Of a DNA stretch of 64,000 bases, positions 59,991-64,000 are shown piece after piece. Numbering within the stretch: the first letter of the stretch is position 1; each line of letters begins with the position of its first letter. This DNA comes from an uncultured Spirochaetota bacterium (GTDB lineage Bacteria > Spirochaetota > Spirochaetia > SZUA-6 > Fen-1364), in NCBI GenBank assembly GCA_963845325.1, contig CAWJRT010000013.1:128614-192613 (forward strand). Direction: 5' to 3'. Below the pieces are notes generated by a model. The model was not told the DNA's origin, ran no database searches, and worked only from the letters and a program-made list of their open reading frames with translations. The position numbers and the translations under genes were made by a program.

Positions 59991-60215
59991 CTACACCCCG
60001 AGAACTTCGCTCACCTGGGGAACCATTTTCTTGAGGTGCGTCTCGATGCCCATCTTCAGCGTCTGCATCCCATGGGGGCAGCCATGGCAGGCACCCGTGA
60101 GCTTCACCGTGACAACCCCGTCATCCGAGACGCCGACGAGCTCCACGTCTCCCCCGTCCGCGCGGAGCGCAGGCCGGATTTCCTCGAGTGCTGTCTCCAC
60201 CGACTCTTTCAGCAT
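59991..60215 (-). CDS. NifU-like C-terminal domain (Nfu-type Fe-S cluster carrier)
   Basis: Starts at MLKESVETALEEIRPALRADGGDVELVGV...LTGACHGCPHGMQTLK (ATG at 60215 within ORF 59991..60305). Contains the CxxC motif. Confidence 0.8.
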   Translation of the reverse strand: MLKESVETALEEIRPALRADGGDVELVGVSDDGVVTVKLTGACHGCPHGMQTLKMGIETHLKKMVPQVSEVLGV

Positions 60216-60912
60216 TGTCCTTCTCCTTGATTTGTCCTGATGCAGCGCCCGGGCCCTCGCACCCGCACATCGCCGCGGTGTTCCGTTGCCGCCGCAGCCG
60301 GGCAACTGTGATTCGGGGCGCGACTCAAAAGTAGCGAAAAAAGGCCGGGAAGTAAAGGCGGTTTCCCTTGATCATGCTCTCTCTCCTTCTATAATAGCGG
60401 CATGGTGCGTCGTGAAAGCCGCATCGTTCCAGCGGATGAGAGTTCCGCCCGGGTAAGCGCCGGAGCGCCCGGTAGCAGGGTCCAGTCAGGGGGAGGAATC
60501 CTTCGGACCGAGCGGACCGACAAAAGCCTCCAAGGAGGAAGCAACACAGCGGGCCGCAACGCGAGTGAACGCCGAGCAAGCCTCGTCAGATTATCAGCCG
60601 AAAGGTGCTCAGGGTGGCCGAGCCGATCATGCCGCGGCGAAGGCAATAGACAGCTTTCCGAGACCGGAGAGGAAGCTGGACACTCTCGGGGTAATGGCGG
60701 CGGCACGTTGTGAAGGAACGGTGGGGAACACGAGAGACCCTCCCTGGCAGCCCCCGTCGGGCAAAGACCACGCGCATAAGGGACAGACCGAAAGCGTGAG
60801 GAGCCAGGAGGGAGTCCGAGGGGTTCGTAGTACCTGTGAAGGCGGTGAGAAACCGCTGGAGGGAAGGGACCCTGCTTTGAGTGAGCTGGAGCGTGGAGGT
60901 AAGCGCGAGGGC

Positions 60913-61705
60913 ATGGTCGGAAGACCCAACAACCCCGAGGGGGGAAGCCCAGAAGAGAAAGTGCGAAAACTTCAGCGACAGCTATGGACATGTGCCAAGC
61001 GGAGCAGGAGCCGACGTTTTCACGCGCTGTACGACCGGATCTGGCGGAGTGACGTCCTGCTGGAAGCGTGGAAACGAGTGAAGGCGAACGGAGGTGCCGC
61101 GGGAGTGGACGAGGTGTCCATCGGCGACATCGAAGAACGTGGGGCGGGAGAGTATCTGAAAGAGATACAGAGCGTCCTGAAGGCAGGCAGGTATCGACCG
61201 TCACCGGTGAGACGGAGGTACATCCCCAAGGGGGACGGGAAGCAGAGGCCACTGGGGATACCGACGGTGAGGGATCGCGTGGTGCAGATGGCGACCAAGC
61301 TAGTGATCGAGCCGCTCTTTGAGGCGGACTTTCAGCCGTGCAGCTGGGGGTTTCGGCCGAGAAGGAGCGCGACGCAGGCGATGGAAGTCATCCGCGAGGC
61401 AGGCAACCATGGACACAACGTGGTGCTGGACGCCGACATACGGGACTACTTCGGAAGCATCGACCATGGCAAGCTCATGGTGTTGGTGAAGGAGCGAGTT
61501 TCGGACAGGCGCGTACTGAAACTGATCGGCCAGTGGCTGGCGGCAGGGGTGATGGAAGACGGGACGGTGAGGGAGACACTTGCGGGCACTCCGCAGGGTG
61601 GAGTGATCTCGCCGTTATTGTCCAACATCTATCTTGGCTACCTTGATCGCATCTGGGAGAGCAGGTGCGCACACCTGGGAACTCTGGTGCGGTACGCTGA
61701 CGACG
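60913..61705 (+). CDS. group II intron 1 reverse transcriptase/maturase, 5' segment (up to the YADD codons)
   Basis: MVGRPNN...LLEAWKRVKANGGAAGVDEV (RT0), YIPKGDGKQRPLGIPTVRDRVVQ (RT1-2), VLDADIRDYFGSIDH (RT3), GTPQGGVISPLLSNIYL (RT4), LVRYADD (RT5). The frame then enters intron 2. Confidence 0.8.
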
Positions 61706-63563
61706 GTGCGCCACGCGCGCACTTGAATATAGAGTGCGGTGCTGTACAAGAGATGAGGGAGGGCCCCTCGAAGCCGATGTACAGGCGTAGGCTTCAAACC
61801 GCCCCAAGCTGCGTTGGTTAAGAGCCAAGGTAGTGAGCGTTGGGGAAAAGGCACGGCGAAAGGATCGTGTCAGGTAAGGATCAAGGAGACGAACGTGAGT
61901 GAACCACTGAGAAAGTGTCGAAAGCGTAGGAACGACGTCAAAACCGGGAAGGAGTCGTTAGCCCGGGATAAGTCCAGAAGGTGACCTGTGTACTGTCTGG
62001 GTGGCGTCCGGCATAGAGGTGGCGTGACCTTGGTTCAGGCTTTTGTACGGAACGTGGGAACCTGTTGCCCTGATGGTAAGGGAGAAACCCAAGTGGAGGA
62101 CCCACGAGGGTGAGAGTACCGATGCGGGGCGCAGGGGCGGAATGGCCCGTAGTAGCGAGGAAGTTCCTGTAATGGGAGTGGAGCGAAGGGGCCATATTGT
62201 CCAGCTTTGCAAGATGGTCAACCGAAAGGGAGGAGCCGTTGAGTGAAGCGAAGCCGTTTGGTATTTCCAAACGCAACGTGTGGGAAGCCTGGCTACGAGT
62301 GAAGGCGAACAAAGGAGCTGAAGGTGTAGACGGAGAGACGATTGAAGAGTTTGAGAGGGACGTGAAGAACAACCTCTACAAGCTGTGGAACAGGATGTCC
62401 TCGGGCAGCTATTTTCCGCCGCCCGTGCGGACGGTAGAAATACCGAAAAGCAACGGGGGTGTGAGGAAGCTGGGAATACCGACTGTATCGGACCGAGTGG
62501 CCCAAATGGTGGCAAAGATGAATCTTGAACCATTGGTGGAGCCCTCGTTTCATGCGGACTCATATGGGTATCGACCGGGCAAGTCGGCGGGACAAGCGGT
62601 AGGAACGGCCCGAGAAAGGTGTTGGCGCTACGACTGGGTGATTGATCTGGACATCAAAGGCTTCTTTGACAACATCGATCACACACTCCTTATGAAAGCG
62701 GTGCGAAAACATACCGACAGCAAATGGATCCTGCTGTATGTGGAGCGATGGCTGAAGGCACCAGCCCAACTGGAAGATGGAACCTTGGTCGGAAGAGACA
62801 AGGGCACGCCACAGGGCGGGGTGATAAGCCCGTTACTCGCGAATCTGTTCCTGCACTATGCATTCGATGCATGGATGCGGAGAAACCATCCAAACGTGCC
62901 GTTCGAACGGTACGCGGACGATAGTATCGTGCACTGTGTGAGTGAAGAACAGGCGCAGCAGATGAAGAGGGTGATTGGGGAGCGATTAGCTGAATGCAAG
63001 CTGGAACTTCATCCTGAGAAGACAAAGATTGTCTACTGCAAGGATGCAGACAGGAGAGGGAACTACCCGAACGAGAGATTTGACTTTCTGGGCTTCACAT
63101 TTCGGCCGCGGAGGTCAAAGAATCGGTGGGGGAAGTTCTTTATCAATTTCAGTCCTGCAGTCAGTGACAAAGCGACCAAAGCGATGCAGCGAACAATGAG
63201 GAGCTGGACATTACAACGGCGAAGCGACAAATCATTGGACGACCTGTCCCGAATGTTCAATCCGATCCTTCGGGGCTGGATTACCTACTATGGACAGTAC
63301 TACAAGTCAGCACTTTACCCGACGTTCGTGAACCTGAATCGCATTTTAGTGAGGTGGGCGATGAGGAAATACAAGAAGGTGCGGAGGCATGCCAGAAGGG
63401 CGATGCACTGGCTGGGACGGATAGCCCGTCAAAGACCAGAGATGTTTGGCCACTGGCAGATGGGTCTCCTGCCGACGGTTGGGCGATAAGAGCCGGATGA
63501 ATCGAGAGATTCACGTCCGGTTCCGTGAGGGCGTGGGGGTGAGAATCCCCCGCGCTACTCGAC
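61706..63563 (+). mobile_element. group II intron 2 (inner, complete, 1858 nt) inserted in the RT ORF of intron 1
   Basis: 5' GTGCGCC at 61706. An RT ORF starts 533 nt downstream. Domain V GAGCCGGATGAATCGAGAGATTCACGTCCGGTTC is at 63490-63523. The 3' end ...CTACTCGAC is at 63563. Excision fuses TAC GCT GAC GAC G|TC GTG ATA CTG TGC, giving YADDVVILC. Confidence 0.8.
62239..63489 (+). CDS. group II intron 2 reverse transcriptase/maturase (no endonuclease domain seen)
   Basis: TTG at 62239 lies 4 nt after GGGAGGAG (the ORF track starts at TTG 62197). VWEAWLRVKANKGAEGVDGE, IPKSNGGVRKLGIPTVSDRVAQ, DLDIKGFFDNIDH, GTPQGGVISPLLANLFL, RYADDSIVHC, and domain X ILRGWITYYGQYY. Confidence 0.85.
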   Translation: MSEAKPFGISKRNVWEAWLRVKANKGAEGVDGETIEEFERDVKNNLYKLWNRMSSGSYFPPPVRTVEIPKSNGGVRKLGIPTVSDRVAQMVAKMNLEPLVEPSFHADSYGYRPGKSAGQAVGTARERCWRYDWVIDLDIKGFFDNIDHTLLMKAVRKHTDSKWILLYVERWLKAPAQLEDGTLVGRDKGTPQGGVISPLLANLFLHYAFDAWMRRNHPNVPFERYADDSIVHCVSEEQAQQMKRVIGERLAECKLELHPEKTKIVYCKDADRRGNYPNERFDFLGFTFRPRRSKNRWGKFFINFSPAVSDKATKAMQRTMRSWTLQRRSDKSLDDLSRMFNPILRGWITYYGQYYKSALYPTFVNLNRILVRWAMRKYKKVRRHARRAMHWLGRIARQRPEMFGHWQMGLLPTVGR

Positions 63564-64000
63564 TCGTGATACTGTGCAAATGCGAGTCGCAGTGCAAGGA
63601 AGCCCTTAGACGGGTGAAGATGGTCATGGAACGGCTGGGGCTGGAAATGCATCCCGAGAAAACGCGCATGGTGAATCTCTCGCGCGGAATAGAGAGTTTC
63701 CAGTTTCTTGGATGGACGGTGAGGAAGCGTCGCAGCGTGCAACGCAATCCGCGCATGCACTTCGTGCAGCGTTGGCCGTCGCCCAGGGCGATGAAACGAA
63801 TCCGAGAACGCGTGCATGAGATCACCGAGGTGCGAGGAAGGCAGTCGCAGAACGTGGGGGAGCTGGTTGAAAGGCTGAACCCTGTTTTGCGGGGTTGGGG
63901 CAACTACTTTCGGACAGGGAACGCGGACAGAGAGTTCAACAGGATTGACGACTACGTACATAGCCGCGTCCTTGAATGGCAGTGGCGACGGGGCGGGCAG
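63564..64000 (+). CDS. group II intron 1 reverse transcriptase/maturase, 3' segment (continues beyond the window)
   Basis: In phase with 61705: (V)VILCKCESQCKEALRRVKMVMERLGLEMHPEKTRMVNL...FQFLGWTV (RT6-7), then domain X LNPVLRGWGNYFRTGNADREF. There is no start codon, so it is absent from the ORF track. Confidence 0.8.

Larger units (their letters stand above)
60405..64000 (+). mobile_element. group II intron 1 (outer), 3' part beyond the window; interrupted by intron 2
   Basis: GTGCG at 60405, 508 nt upstream of an intron-type RT ORF. The RT reading frame resumes after 63563 and is still open at 64000. Confidence 0.7.

Noticed and set aside
1-64000. rRNA, tRNA, tmRNA, riboswitch or CRISPR features
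   Set aside because: Reading the intergenic regions, I recognised no cloverleaf-like or conserved rRNA segments and no spaced repeat arrays. The absence is based on visual inspection only and should be confirmed with tRNAscan or Infernal.

Overview
This is a high-GC bacterial chromosomal segment with an anaerobe-type gene content: [FeFe]-hydrogenase, superoxide reductase, ferritin and Nfu. I cannot assign a taxon from the sequence alone.

Gene content in window order:
- yqjD/yqjE-like pair and an ABC-2 exporter.
- Glutathione-independent formaldehyde dehydrogenase.
- A decayed two-component remnant next to a vapBC toxin-antitoxin pair.
- PLP dehydratase and an MFS transporter.
- A PAS histidine kinase with an NtrC-type sigma-54 activator.
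- A fatty-acid desaturase.
- A ROK-regulated sugar ABC operon that ends in a URO-D-family gene.
- A roughly 14 kb [FeFe]-hydrogenase island (19.85-33.97 kb).
- recQ.
- A MarR/MFS(DHA2)/HlyD/adaptor/TolC efflux locus with a duplicated pump and duplicated promoter.
- TauE, pgeF, a HAD hydrolase, a secreted tandem-domain protein, a Gfo/Idh/MocA oxidoreductase and a hybrid histidine kinase.
- Three M42 peptidases, an aldo/keto reductase and an Opp/Dpp-type ABC operon.
- Ferritin, superoxide reductase and Nfu.
- Two nested group II introns running off the 3' edge.

The hydrogenase island starts at a sigma-54-type promoter. It carries DRTGG/HATPase/HydS-like/DRTGG/PHP/HATPase regulatory genes, then the NuoE-like, 2Fe-2S ferredoxin, NuoF-GltD fusion and HydA structural genes. 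It ends with a HydS-like protein fused to a histidine kinase, two orphan receivers and a receiver-PAS-kinase.

Most unusual observations:
1. An identical 19-nt core (AATCCGCCGGGTACGTCGG) is tandemly repeated with a 24-nt period at two sites, 3 copies and 4 copies. Both sites lie inside signalling genes of the hydrogenase island, both are in frame, and each is read in a different reading frame.
2. The putative H2-sensing phosphorelay has no output domain within the window.
3. The flavoprotein subunit is a NuoF-GltD fusion.
4. The catalytic HydA carries TSCSP instead of TSCCP.
5. One group II intron sits exactly in the YADD codons of another intron's reverse transcriptase.

Caveat on data quality: by manual reconstruction I count roughly 55-60 apparent 1-nt frame changes, very unevenly distributed. 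Those I inspected sit in short G/C runs, so I treat the interrupted genes as CDS with probable sequencing indels. Real pseudogenisation cannot be excluded. Boundaries of interrupted genes are approximate. I recognised no rRNA, tRNA or CRISPR array.
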